Source of the DNA: Verrucomicrobiales bacterium | GTDB lineage: Bacteria > Verrucomicrobiota > Verrucomicrobiia > Verrucomicrobiales > V1-33 | Length of the DNA stretch: 38,665 nucleotides | Assembly (NCBI GenBank): GCA_031411295.1 | Contig: JANOAV010000130.1 | Span: forward strand, 1-38,665 | Direction of reading: 5' to 3' | In this document: in pieces, positions 1 through 8,812 of the stretch | How the letters are laid out: every line of letters begins with the position of its first letter | Position numbering within the stretch: position 1 is the stretch's first letter | The notes under the pieces: generated by a model | Told to the model about the DNA's origin: nothing | What the model saw: only the letters and a program-made list of their open reading frames with translations | Databases searched by the model: none | Translations under genes and position numbers: made by a program

Positions 1-122
1 CAATGCTAACTCGGAGCGCTCATCGGCAGTTAAGTGGATGCGGTATTTTTTCATATCGGCCTGTAATAGCACAACAGAGCTCGATCATTAAGATAAATTA
101 ACTAATCCACCCTTCTTTTTTC

Positions 123-1548
123 GTGACTCGGACCACTAGCCCGCCGACTATTCCTCAAGCTTCTCCCATTCGCGGCTCTGCGAGCACCCAACGTGCTTGC
201 TGCCGAGAGCCCATCCCCGAGCCCCTCCCTCGGCCAAGGCACAATTTGCGGTGAGGTCACCGCGTCCTCAGCGGTGCTGCAAACGAGGTTGACACTCGAC
301 TCGAAACTCGATGCCAGCGGCGATCTTCCAGGCTGCGCGGGAGTGGCCTGTTTTGAGTGGAGCATCAATAAGGATTTCAGCCAAGCCCAGCGAACCCCCT
401 TTCAGTCCGCGGTCGAGACGCATGACTTTATCGTGCGCGCGGAACTCACGTCACTCAAAGCAGGAACAAACTACCACTGGCGAACTCACTTCGGAGCCAC
501 CGAGCAGACGGCGAGTCCAGGACCGAGCGGTTCCTTCAAAACGCTGCCGGATGCGTCCACGGATACACCCGTCAGCTTCATTGTCGGCAGTTGCATGAAC
601 TACAACAAATTCATGCTCGGCAAGAAGGGCAAGGCCAGCGGCCCCGAGACAGCCACGGAGGAAGACAAGCGCCTCGGCTATCCCTCCTTTGAGTCCATGC
701 TGAAGCGGCAGCCAGACTTCTTCATCGGCACGGGCGACATCGTCTATTACGACCACCCGCTGCGAGTGGCAAAAACCATTCCGCAACTGCGTCAGTGCTG
801 GCACGAGCAGTTCCGCTTGCCTCGCTTGATCGAGTTCTTCCGCCGCGTGCCGACCTATTGGTCGAAGGACGATCACGACTTTCGCTACAATGAGTCAGAC
901 AACACCAGCAACGAACTTCCTTTGCCAAAAACCGGCATCGACATGTTCCGCGAGCAGTTGCCTGTGCCCACGCCGAGTTACCGAACCTATCGCGTTGGCA
1001 AGCACCTGCAAATTTGGCTCACCGAAGGTCGCGACTATCGCTCGCCCAATGAAATGGCCGATGGCCCGGAAAAATCACTCTGGGGCGCAGAGCAGCGTGA
1101 GTGGCTCAAGGCCACGCTGAAAGCCAGCGATGCGAAGTGGAAGATCATCATCTCGCCCACACCAATGGTTGGCCCCGATGACAAAAAAAAGATCGACAAT
1201 CACGCCGACATCAGCGGCTTCCGACACGAGGCCGATGCCTTCTTTGCGTGGCTGAAGGAGAACAAGATCGACAACCTCAAGCTCATCTGCGGAGACCGTC
1301 ACTGGCAATACCACAGCATTCATCCATCCGGCATCGAGGAGTTCGCCTGTGGTGCTTTGAACGATGAAAACTCACGCATGGGAGTCGCTCCCGGTGCCCA
1401 GAACGGCTCCGATCCGCAGGCACTGGTCAAGCAGCCCTATACCTCCGCCACACCAAAGGGCGGCTTCCTGCGCATCAGCGTCGGAGCCGAACTCGTCCTC
1501 GAACACTTCGACTCACGCGGAGCGCTGCAAAACCGAGTCCAACGATAA
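123..1548 (+). CDS. phoD: PhoD-family alkaline phosphatase/phosphodiesterase; Tat signal peptide is out of frame (open frame from GTG 193)
   Basis: N-terminal Fn3-like 'GEVTASSAVLQTR' and metal-ligand motifs GDIVYYD, KDDHD and GDRH. GTG123 plus removal of one C at 140-142 gives MTRTTSRRLFLKLLPFAALRAPNVLAA, a Tat consensus signal. Confidence 0.85.
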
Positions 1549-1565
1549 CCAAAGATCACCTCATT

Positions 1566-3137
1566 ATGAAAATCAAACAGCTCACTTTCCTCCTTGCTGT
1601 GACATTCACTGGCCTAGCCATGGCAGATCCTACCGAAGCCACCAAGCCACCAGCCAAACCCTACAACATCCTCATGATCGCCATTGATGATCTGAACGAC
1701 TGGGTCGGAGCTTTTGGCGGGGCCCCACAGGCAAAGTCAGCCACGCCACGGATGGACAAGTTCGCTGAGGGCGGGTCCGTCGTTTTTCAGCAGGCCAATT
1801 GCGCCGGGCCGGTCTGTTGTCCTTCGCGCTCGGGTTTGCTTTCGGGCTTCATGCCGAACCGGACCGGGATTTATGGCAACAGCCAGGAGATGCTGGATTC
1901 CAAGTTGGTGCAGACGCACTATACCTTGCCCGAGTATTTCTCCAAGCACGGCTACCGGACCCTCTCCACGGGCAAGATTTTCCACGGAGGCATGGCAGCC
2001 TGGCCATTTGATGAATGGTTCCCCAAGCAAGGCGGCAGCGGCTCTATCGTTGACCCAGAACACTTGACCTCCCGATCCAAGAACTTGATCGACGGCAAGC
2101 CTGCAGCCTTCCCCGCGTCGAAAGACGATGGCAGTGAGAAGGGCGATGGCGAGGGCGGCACGGAGTTTAGCTGGGGACCAACCAAGGGCCCCAAGGAACA
2201 GTCGAAGGATTGGAAGGCGGCTGATTGGGCAGTAGCGCAACTGGCCAAGCCGTCAGAGAAGCCATTCTTCCTTGCGCTGGGAATTTCCAAGCCCCATCTG
2301 CCCTGGTATGTTCCGCAGGAATATTTTGATCGTCATCCTCTGGAATCCATCAAGCTCCCGGAGTTCAAGCTCGACGACCTTGGCGATATCGTGGACGCCA
2401 AGGGCAAAGCCAAGTTCTCCCCCAGCGCGGATTTCCGTTGGGTGCAACAAGACAAGAACTTGCACAAGCGCGCGGTGCAAGCCTATCTGGCGCCCTCCAG
2501 CCATGCGGATGATTGCGTGGGGCGGGTGTTGGATGCCCTGGAGAAAAGTCCGGCCAAGGACAACACCATTGTCGTGATCTGGGGTGATCACGGCTGGCAT
2601 CTTGGCGAAAAGCTGCGTTTTCGCAAAGCGACGCTCTGGGCTGAATCGACTCGACTGCCTCTCATCATTCGGCTGCCAGGGATGACGGCAAGGCAGGATT
2701 GTCCCCGCGTGGTGAATTTGATTGACCTGTATCCGACGCTGATCGACTTGTGCGGCTTGCCAGGCAAACCTGAAATTGACGGACGGAGAATCGCGCCATT
2801 GCTGCGCGACCCGAAGATGGCTTGGCCCTACCCGTCCATCACCGTCAATGGTGAAGGCAATGCTTCCGTGCGCGACGAGCGCTGGTATTTCATTCGCTAC
2901 AAGGAAGGAACGGAAGAGTTCTATGACATGGAGAAGGACCCGATGCAGTGGACCAATCTCGTCACTTCCAAAGACCCAGTAATCAGCAGCCAAAGGTCGC
3001 GGATGGCGGCTTCGCTCCCCGCGTCCTTTGCACCCACGGTCGTCGGACCCAAGAAGAGCAAAGGTGACAAAGAGGAGAAGGATGAGGAACCCGACCCGAC
3101 CATCAAAGCAAAACGGCTCGCGACTCAGCTCAAGTAG
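1566..3137 (+). CDS. Secreted Cys-type sulfatase, iduronate-2-sulfatase/choline-sulfatase-like
   Basis: Signal peptide, NILMIAIDDLND, CCPSRSGLLSG (CxPxR), GKIFH, KPHLP, GDHGWHLGEK. Confidence 0.92.
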   Translation: MKIKQLTFLLAVTFTGLAMADPTEATKPPAKPYNILMIAIDDLNDWVGAFGGAPQAKSATPRMDKFAEGGSVVFQQANCAGPVCCPSRSGLLSGFMPNRTGIYGNSQEMLDSKLVQTHYTLPEYFSKHGYRTLSTGKIFHGGMAAWPFDEWFPKQGGSGSIVDPEHLTSRSKNLIDGKPAAFPASKDDGSEKGDGEGGTEFSWGPTKGPKEQSKDWKAADWAVAQLAKPSEKPFFLALGISKPHLPWYVPQEYFDRHPLESIKLPEFKLDDLGDIVDAKGKAKFSPSADFRWVQQDKNLHKRAVQAYLAPSSHADDCVGRVLDALEKSPAKDNTIVVIWGDHGWHLGEKLRFRKATLWAESTRLPLIIRLPGMTARQDCPRVVNLIDLYPTLIDLCGLPGKPEIDGRRIAPLLRDPKMAWPYPSITVNGEGNASVRDERWYFIRYKEGTEEFYDMEKDPMQWTNLVTSKDPVISSQRSRMAASLPASFAPTVVGPKKSKGDKEEKDEEPDPTIKAKRLATQLK

Positions 3138-3309
3138 TCCCGGTGATCCAGCATGAATCAGTCGCTTCACTGCCTCTTTCAGGGAGATCATCCATGGCCT
3201 AAAAAATGATTTTGGTGACTGCGATCACGGAGCTATGGTTCGCCACTTCGAGAAATAAGCGACTATTGAAGTCAGCCGTCCCAGTGCATAACATCCACCG
3301 TTGAAAACT

Positions 3310-4245
3310 ATGAACCCAATCAATCCAGATCCCACTTCCTGCAATCATGCTTGGGCGGAAAACGTCCTCTTCTTTGAATACGGCAGTGCGGCCAATCCGC
3401 GGATGCCAAAGATCGGCATCGACGTCTTTCCGCCAGCGATGCATCAGATCGTCGAGAGCAAGATCATCCCGCTGGAACTCGCCCAAAAGCTCGAAACCAA
3501 CTATCCCGCCACCGGGCCGAATCTGTTGGCAAACTTCATTCACATCGCGGCAGGCGATCAACTCACCACCCGCACCCACGCCAGCAGTCAGGTGTTTTAT
3601 GTCATTCGAGGCGCTGGATTCAGCGTGATCGACGGCAACAGGCTCGATTGGAAAGCAGGCGACTTCTTTGCGATCCCAAGCACAGGCGAGATCCAGCATC
3701 AGGCCAGCGCGGACACCGCCTTCTATTGGGTGAATGACCAGCCACTGATGGATTTCCTCGGCGTGCAGCCCAACAAAGCCCGCTTCCGCCCGCTCTACTT
3801 CTCGCAGGAACAACTTACCAGCGAGTTGGAAAAGGTCCGACAAGCCAACATGGGCAAGGACAAGAACCGTAACGGCATCCTGCTGGCCAATCCCGATTGC
3901 CCGCAGACCAAGACGCTAACGCACAGCATGTGGTCACTTTACAATCTGTTGCCTGCCCGCAGCAAACAGAAGGCACACCGACACAATTCCATCGCCATGG
4001 ATTTTGCCGTGAAAGCAACCGAAGGCGTCTATACGATGATCGGGCCCGATCTTGACAGCGATGGCAACATCATCAATCCGATCCGCGCCAATTGGGTGGC
4101 CGGCGGAGCCTTTGTCACCCCACCTGGCTGGTGGCACTCCCACCACAATGACAGCGATGAAGACGCCATCGTTCTGCCGGTCCAAGATGCCGGCCTGCAA
4201 ACCTACATGCAGACCCTCGATATCCAATTCGCTCTCGGATACTAG
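3310..4245 (+). CDS. Bicupin protein, gentisate 1,2-dioxygenase-like
   Basis: Two cupin motifs (HASSQVFYVIRGAG...WKAGDFFAIP and HRHNS...PPGWWHSHHN), no signal peptide. ATG 3310 preferred over TTG 3301. Confidence 0.75.
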   Translation: MNPINPDPTSCNHAWAENVLFFEYGSAANPRMPKIGIDVFPPAMHQIVESKIIPLELAQKLETNYPATGPNLLANFIHIAAGDQLTTRTHASSQVFYVIRGAGFSVIDGNRLDWKAGDFFAIPSTGEIQHQASADTAFYWVNDQPLMDFLGVQPNKARFRPLYFSQEQLTSELEKVRQANMGKDKNRNGILLANPDCPQTKTLTHSMWSLYNLLPARSKQKAHRHNSIAMDFAVKATEGVYTMIGPDLDSDGNIINPIRANWVAGGAFVTPPGWWHSHHNDSDEDAIVLPVQDAGLQTYMQTLDIQFALGY

Positions 4246-4326
4246 GCGGAAGGGCCATCACCCCAAGTTTCAAACAGCCAAGTAATCCGTTGCTATCAAG
4301 CACGGAGCAAACTCCAGTTTCCCTTC

Positions 4327-6348
4327 ATGAAACGCCTCCCCCTGTTCCTTTTCTTAGTTTCCGCGTTTACTTCGACGCACCTCCTATTGGCTGACAGCCC
4401 ACGGGAGGCAAAACCCGTCGAAACATCGATGCAAAGGCGTTGGGTAACCGTGTTCCCTGCCGAGTTAGATGGTGCCATCAACAATCCGCTCAAGGGTTTC
4501 CGCGATTACAAGAAGGATGGCTACGGTCTTTTGGAGCGCCACTATATTAAGTGGAATGAGATTGAGCTTAGCGCAGATGATACCGTCGAGCGCATCATCG
4601 CCCACACGAACAAGATTACCAACACCAAGGGGAAGCGCTTTGAAGACCTCAACGTCAAGCTCGTGCCGCGAGTGTATCTCGACTGGGACGGCTCGACTGG
4701 ATCGGAGAAAGGACCAAAGCAGTATTGGCCTGCGGACCTCCAGACATTCGATTACGACAGCCCGGCCTTTCAAGAGCGATTGAAGAAGCTCATCGCCAAG
4801 TTAGGGCAGGCCTGGGACAATGACCCGCGCATCTTTGCCGTGCAGATGGGCCTCATCGGTCACTTTGGGGAGCATCACCATCCGGCACCCTCGGCAGACC
4901 AACGTCGCCTACTGGCGGAGGCATTTCAAAAGGCCTTCAAAAATAAGCCCGTGCTCGTCCGGCATAACGATCCAGAATTTATGCAGGCCGGCTACGGAAT
5001 CTACTACGACACCTTTGCCAACCTGGATCGGGAGCCGCCCAACGGGCCCAAGGATCAGTTCCCTTGGCAAGCCATGAAGGTGCATCCCGACATCTGGAAA
5101 CGAGCCCCCATCGAAGGCGAAGTGGAATACAATTGGCAGAAAACTCGCGACAGCGCGAAGCCCAAAGAGACCTTTGGCCTCACGCCCGATGAGACCATGA
5201 AAGTTCCGGCCTATCGTCGCTACATGATCGACAAAATCCGCCGTTACCACGCAAGTTACCTTGGCTGGATCAATGACTATAGCGACTGGGAACCCCAGGT
5301 GCTGGCGGGCGCAGCGGAAATTCAGAAGGCTTTCGGCTACCGCTTTGTGCTCGATTCCGTAAGCTACCAAAATGTTGGTGAACCTGGTGGAAAATTGGCT
5401 GTGAAATTGGCCGTTAGGAACACTGGCAGCGCCCCATTTTACCTCGACTGGCCAGTGGCCGTTGGGCTGCTCGATCCAGTAACGAAAAAGCCCGTGTGGT
5501 CCGCCCCACTCAGCGAGGTGGACATCCGCAAATGGCTGCCAGGCGAGGACTGGGACAGCGAGGCCTTCGTTTACCGTTGCCCGGCAGCGCAAAATATCGC
5601 GACTGGCACCGCCACCCTGCCCCGGGATTTGAAAGCAGGCAGTTACATCGTCGCCCTATCCATTCTGGATCGGCAGGGTGGCATGGTGCCAAGCGTGCGA
5701 TTTGCGACGGCAAACTATTTCCAAGGAGGCTGGCACCCGATGGGATTCATCGGTATCGGCAAACCACCGACGGAGGCTGCGTTGACCAACATCCCGTTCG
5801 ACAGCCCAGCTTTTGACACCAGCATCGCCTACAAAGTCCCCGAGGCCATCCGCGCCATCAAAATGCCCCCCGTCCCAGTCGTTAACGCCGTGCCGCCGTG
5901 GACTCCGGATCCGAAAAAGGAACTTCTCAACCCCTGGCGCTACTGGACGCTGGATACCAACGGCAACGCGGTGGAAAAGGAAATTCGCGCTGACGGCCCC
6001 GTCGCAGGCCCGGCTGGCCGCGTCATCCGAGTCACTGGCGATTTTGGGAAGAACACCCGCCTCGAACACACCTTCGGCAAGAACTACAAGCTCGCCAGCG
6101 GTCATTATCGTTTCGCGTTCCGCGTGCGTGGCGCCCCCGGCCAGGCCGCCGAGTTCGAGATGGGCGACGGTTGGCACGCCGTTTCCAAGAAGACCAAGAT
6201 TCCACTGACCACGGAATGGCAGGAGCACATCATCGAGTTCGAAATCACCAATGCCTTTAAAGACGAGAGCACCCTGCGTTTCATTCTTCCCAGCAACGCC
6301 AAAGGTGAGTTTGACCTGAGTGAAACCCGACTTAAGCAACTGGAGTAG
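4327..6348 (+). CDS. Secreted DUF4832-like putative glycoside hydrolase with C-terminal CBM4/9-like domain
   Basis: Signal peptide, NNPLKGF, DNDPRIFAVQMGLIGHFGEHH, FGYRFVL...VRNTGSAPFYLDWPV; C-terminal 'IPLTTEWQEHIIEF' typical of CBM4/9 folds. Confidence 0.65.
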   Translation: MKRLPLFLFLVSAFTSTHLLLADSPREAKPVETSMQRRWVTVFPAELDGAINNPLKGFRDYKKDGYGLLERHYIKWNEIELSADDTVERIIAHTNKITNTKGKRFEDLNVKLVPRVYLDWDGSTGSEKGPKQYWPADLQTFDYDSPAFQERLKKLIAKLGQAWDNDPRIFAVQMGLIGHFGEHHHPAPSADQRRLLAEAFQKAFKNKPVLVRHNDPEFMQAGYGIYYDTFANLDREPPNGPKDQFPWQAMKVHPDIWKRAPIEGEVEYNWQKTRDSAKPKETFGLTPDETMKVPAYRRYMIDKIRRYHASYLGWINDYSDWEPQVLAGAAEIQKAFGYRFVLDSVSYQNVGEPGGKLAVKLAVRNTGSAPFYLDWPVAVGLLDPVTKKPVWSAPLSEVDIRKWLPGEDWDSEAFVYRCPAAQNIATGTATLPRDLKAGSYIVALSILDRQGGMVPSVRFATANYFQGGWHPMGFIGIGKPPTEAALTNIPFDSPAFDTSIAYKVPEAIRAIKMPPVPVVNAVPPWTPDPKKELLNPWRYWTLDTNGNAVEKEIRADGPVAGPAGRVIRVTGDFGKNTRLEHTFGKNYKLASGHYRFAFRVRGAPGQAAEFEMGDGWHAVSKKTKIPLTTEWQEHIIEFEITNAFKDESTLRFILPSNAKGEFDLSETRLKQLE

Positions 6349-6406
6349 CTGTCGATTCTGCGAAGCGACCGCCTCCAACCATCTTGCGAACAATACCCAA
6401 CTGACC

Positions 6407-8656
6407 ATGAAACTCTTGCAAAATAAGATTCTAAACCTGACAACTGCGGCCGCTCGGATGGCGTTCCTCAGCTATATTTTAACGTTCCCCACTTTGGCTG
6501 CGACCCTCCAACTGACAGTTGATCAGGCCGCTGAAGGGCCAGTGAAGTTTGCCGCGGAAGAAATCCGCCGTGAGGCCGTGGCCAAGGCGATGACCTTGGG
6601 CGAAGACCCGAACGCCACGCGCATCGAGTTGACGGTAACGAAGGCGGACAAAGCCGCTGCCCAGAGTTACCAGATCCGCGTGCAAACCGAGAACGGACAC
6701 CGCACCATCACGGTGCTTGGGGCCGATGCCAGGGGCGCGATGTATGGTGGACTGGATCTGGCGGAGGCGATTCGCACGGGCACGCTGGATGCACTGAAGG
6801 ACTCGGAGCACACGCCGCACATTGCGCAGCGGGGTATTAAAATGAACGTTCCGTTGGATTTGCGCACTCCGAGTTATACCGATCCCTCGGATGCCGCGCA
6901 GGCGAATATTCCTGAGGTCTGGAGCATGGACTTCTGGCGCGAGACATTCGACGACATGGCGCGGCATCGCTACAATCTCATTTCGCTGTGGTCGCTCAAT
7001 CCCTTCCCCAGTATTGTGAAGGTGCCTGAGTTTCCGCACGTCGCCCTGGACGACGTTTGGCGCACCAAGGAGAAGCTGGATGCCAGTTTCGATTTCAATG
7101 GCAACGACTTTGTGCGGCCGGTCATGCTGGCCAACCATGAGGTCGTGAGGAAGATGACCATCGATGAAAAGATTCAATTCTGGCGCGAGGTCATGCAACT
7201 GGGCAAGGACCGCGGCATTGAAATGTATTGGTTCACCTGGAACGTCTTCCTCCACGGAGCCGAAGGTAAAGATGGCATCACCAGCGACATAACGGCTCCA
7301 CGCACCATCGAGTATTTCCGGGCCAGCGTCCGCGAGACCATCAAGACGTATCCGTTGCTAGCCGGCTTCGGCATCACGGCTGGCGAGGGCATGCCGGAGG
7401 GCAAATTTAAGGAAATGTCCAAAGAGCAATGGCTCTGGAATACCTATGGCGAAGGGATTCGTGACGGATTGAAGGACACGCCTGACCGGAAATTCCGGCT
7501 CATTCATCGCTTCCACATGACTGCGTTAGGAGAAATCAAAAAAGCCTTCGCTGATCTCCCCTGCCCGCTCGACCTCAGTTTCAAATATGCCATCGCCCAC
7601 ATGTATTCTGTGCCGGATCCCAGCATGATCAAACCCGTGCTCCCGCTGCTGAGTCCAGATCTCCGTTGCTGGCTCACCGTGCGCAATGACGACATTTACA
7701 GCTTCCGCTGGGCCGACGCTGACTATGCTAGGGCTTTCATCAAGGCCATTCCAGGCGAAGATAAAATCGCTGGTTTCTACATGGGTTGCGATGGCTTCTT
7801 CTGGGGTCGGGATTTTCTATCCAAAGATGCTGGCAACCCGCGTCAGACCGTGATGCAGAAGCAATGGCTCTCGTTCGCGCTGTGGGGTCGCCTGGCTTAT
7901 GATCCTGAATTACCAGCGAACACCTTTGATCGACTCACGGCCGCTCGATTTGCTGGGGCAGACGTCCCGAAGCTTACTGCGGCCTGGTCCAACGCCTCGA
8001 AGACGTTTCCTTACATCACGCGATTCTTCTGGGGTGATATCGACCTGAAATGGTTCCCCGAAGCCTGCCGCAGGAAACAAGGTTTCTACACCGTGCGGGA
8101 TTTCGTCGAAGGCGGCACCATGCCTGGCGCGGGCGTGCTGAACATTATCGACTGGCGCACTGCCTTGTTAGAAAAGCAACCACCCGTTGGCACCACCCCG
8201 CTGGAAATTGCCACCACGCTGCACTTGAACGCCACCCAAGCTCTAGCAGCATTGACCGAACTTCAACGCGCTACCATCACTCCGGCGGCCAGCGCCAAGG
8301 AATACATTGCCACCTTGGGTGACATCGAAGCCATGTCGCATCTGGGACTTTACTATGCGGCCAAGATTCGTGGAGCCTGCGATCTGGCGCTCTTCGATAA
8401 AAGTGGCGACGTCCAACAACAAACTTCCGCCGTGAAGCACCTCGAAACCGCACTGAGCCACTGGAAAAATTACGCCACTGCCTACACCAAGCAATCGATC
8501 CAACCCGTGCTCTATAACCGCGTCGGAGTCGTGGATATCCCCAAGCAAACCGAAGACGTGGCGACTGATATTCAGATGGCTCGCGATTGGAAACCTGGCA
8601 CCGTTAAAGACGCTAAAGTGAAGCGCTCCGGCACGGAAAAGGGCTTTAAGGAATAA
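6407..8656 (+). CDS. Secreted uncharacterised glycan-active protein with GH20/GH67-like N-terminal domain
   Basis: ATG 6407 followed by a signal peptide; 'YQIRV...ITVLGADARGAMYGGLDLAE...PHIAQRG' resembles the N-terminal domain of GH20/67/115; aromatic-rich core. Confidence 0.55.
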   Translation: MKLLQNKILNLTTAAARMAFLSYILTFPTLAATLQLTVDQAAEGPVKFAAEEIRREAVAKAMTLGEDPNATRIELTVTKADKAAAQSYQIRVQTENGHRTITVLGADARGAMYGGLDLAEAIRTGTLDALKDSEHTPHIAQRGIKMNVPLDLRTPSYTDPSDAAQANIPEVWSMDFWRETFDDMARHRYNLISLWSLNPFPSIVKVPEFPHVALDDVWRTKEKLDASFDFNGNDFVRPVMLANHEVVRKMTIDEKIQFWREVMQLGKDRGIEMYWFTWNVFLHGAEGKDGITSDITAPRTIEYFRASVRETIKTYPLLAGFGITAGEGMPEGKFKEMSKEQWLWNTYGEGIRDGLKDTPDRKFRLIHRFHMTALGEIKKAFADLPCPLDLSFKYAIAHMYSVPDPSMIKPVLPLLSPDLRCWLTVRNDDIYSFRWADADYARAFIKAIPGEDKIAGFYMGCDGFFWGRDFLSKDAGNPRQTVMQKQWLSFALWGRLAYDPELPANTFDRLTAARFAGADVPKLTAAWSNASKTFPYITRFFWGDIDLKWFPEACRRKQGFYTVRDFVEGGTMPGAGVLNIIDWRTALLEKQPPVGTTPLEIATTLHLNATQALAALTELQRATITPAASAKEYIATLGDIEAMSHLGLYYAAKIRGACDLALFDKSGDVQQQTSAVKHLETALSHWKNYATAYTKQSIQPVLYNRVGVVDIPKQTEDVATDIQMARDWKPGTVKDAKVKRSGTEKGFKE

Positions 8657-8661
8657 GAAAG

Positions 8662-8681
8662 GCCATGGCTTCAGCCGTGGC
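8662..8681. repeat. REP-like hairpin GCCATGGC-TTCA-GCCGTGGC
   Basis: 8-bp stem with one T-G pair, 5 nt after the stop at 8656; resembles the GCCACGGCTTCAGCCGTGG type of REP/IS200-associated hairpins. Confidence 0.45.
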
Positions 8682-8812
8682 GTGAACTGATCCGACATTG
8701 GAAAAGCCATCAAGAGCCACCTGAAGGGATCTGAATCCCGCCAGCATGGAACTCAATGTTTTGGGTGGAAACTTGTCCAAAACACAAGGGACTAAGCTGT
8801 ATCACTCGACCT

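Noticed and set aside
1..34. Window starts CAATGC and contains CAGTTAAG, reminiscent of IS4 ends and of 38526
   Set aside because: Only 6 bp shared with CAATGCCTTTAAGG, wrong spacing, and no transposase follows.
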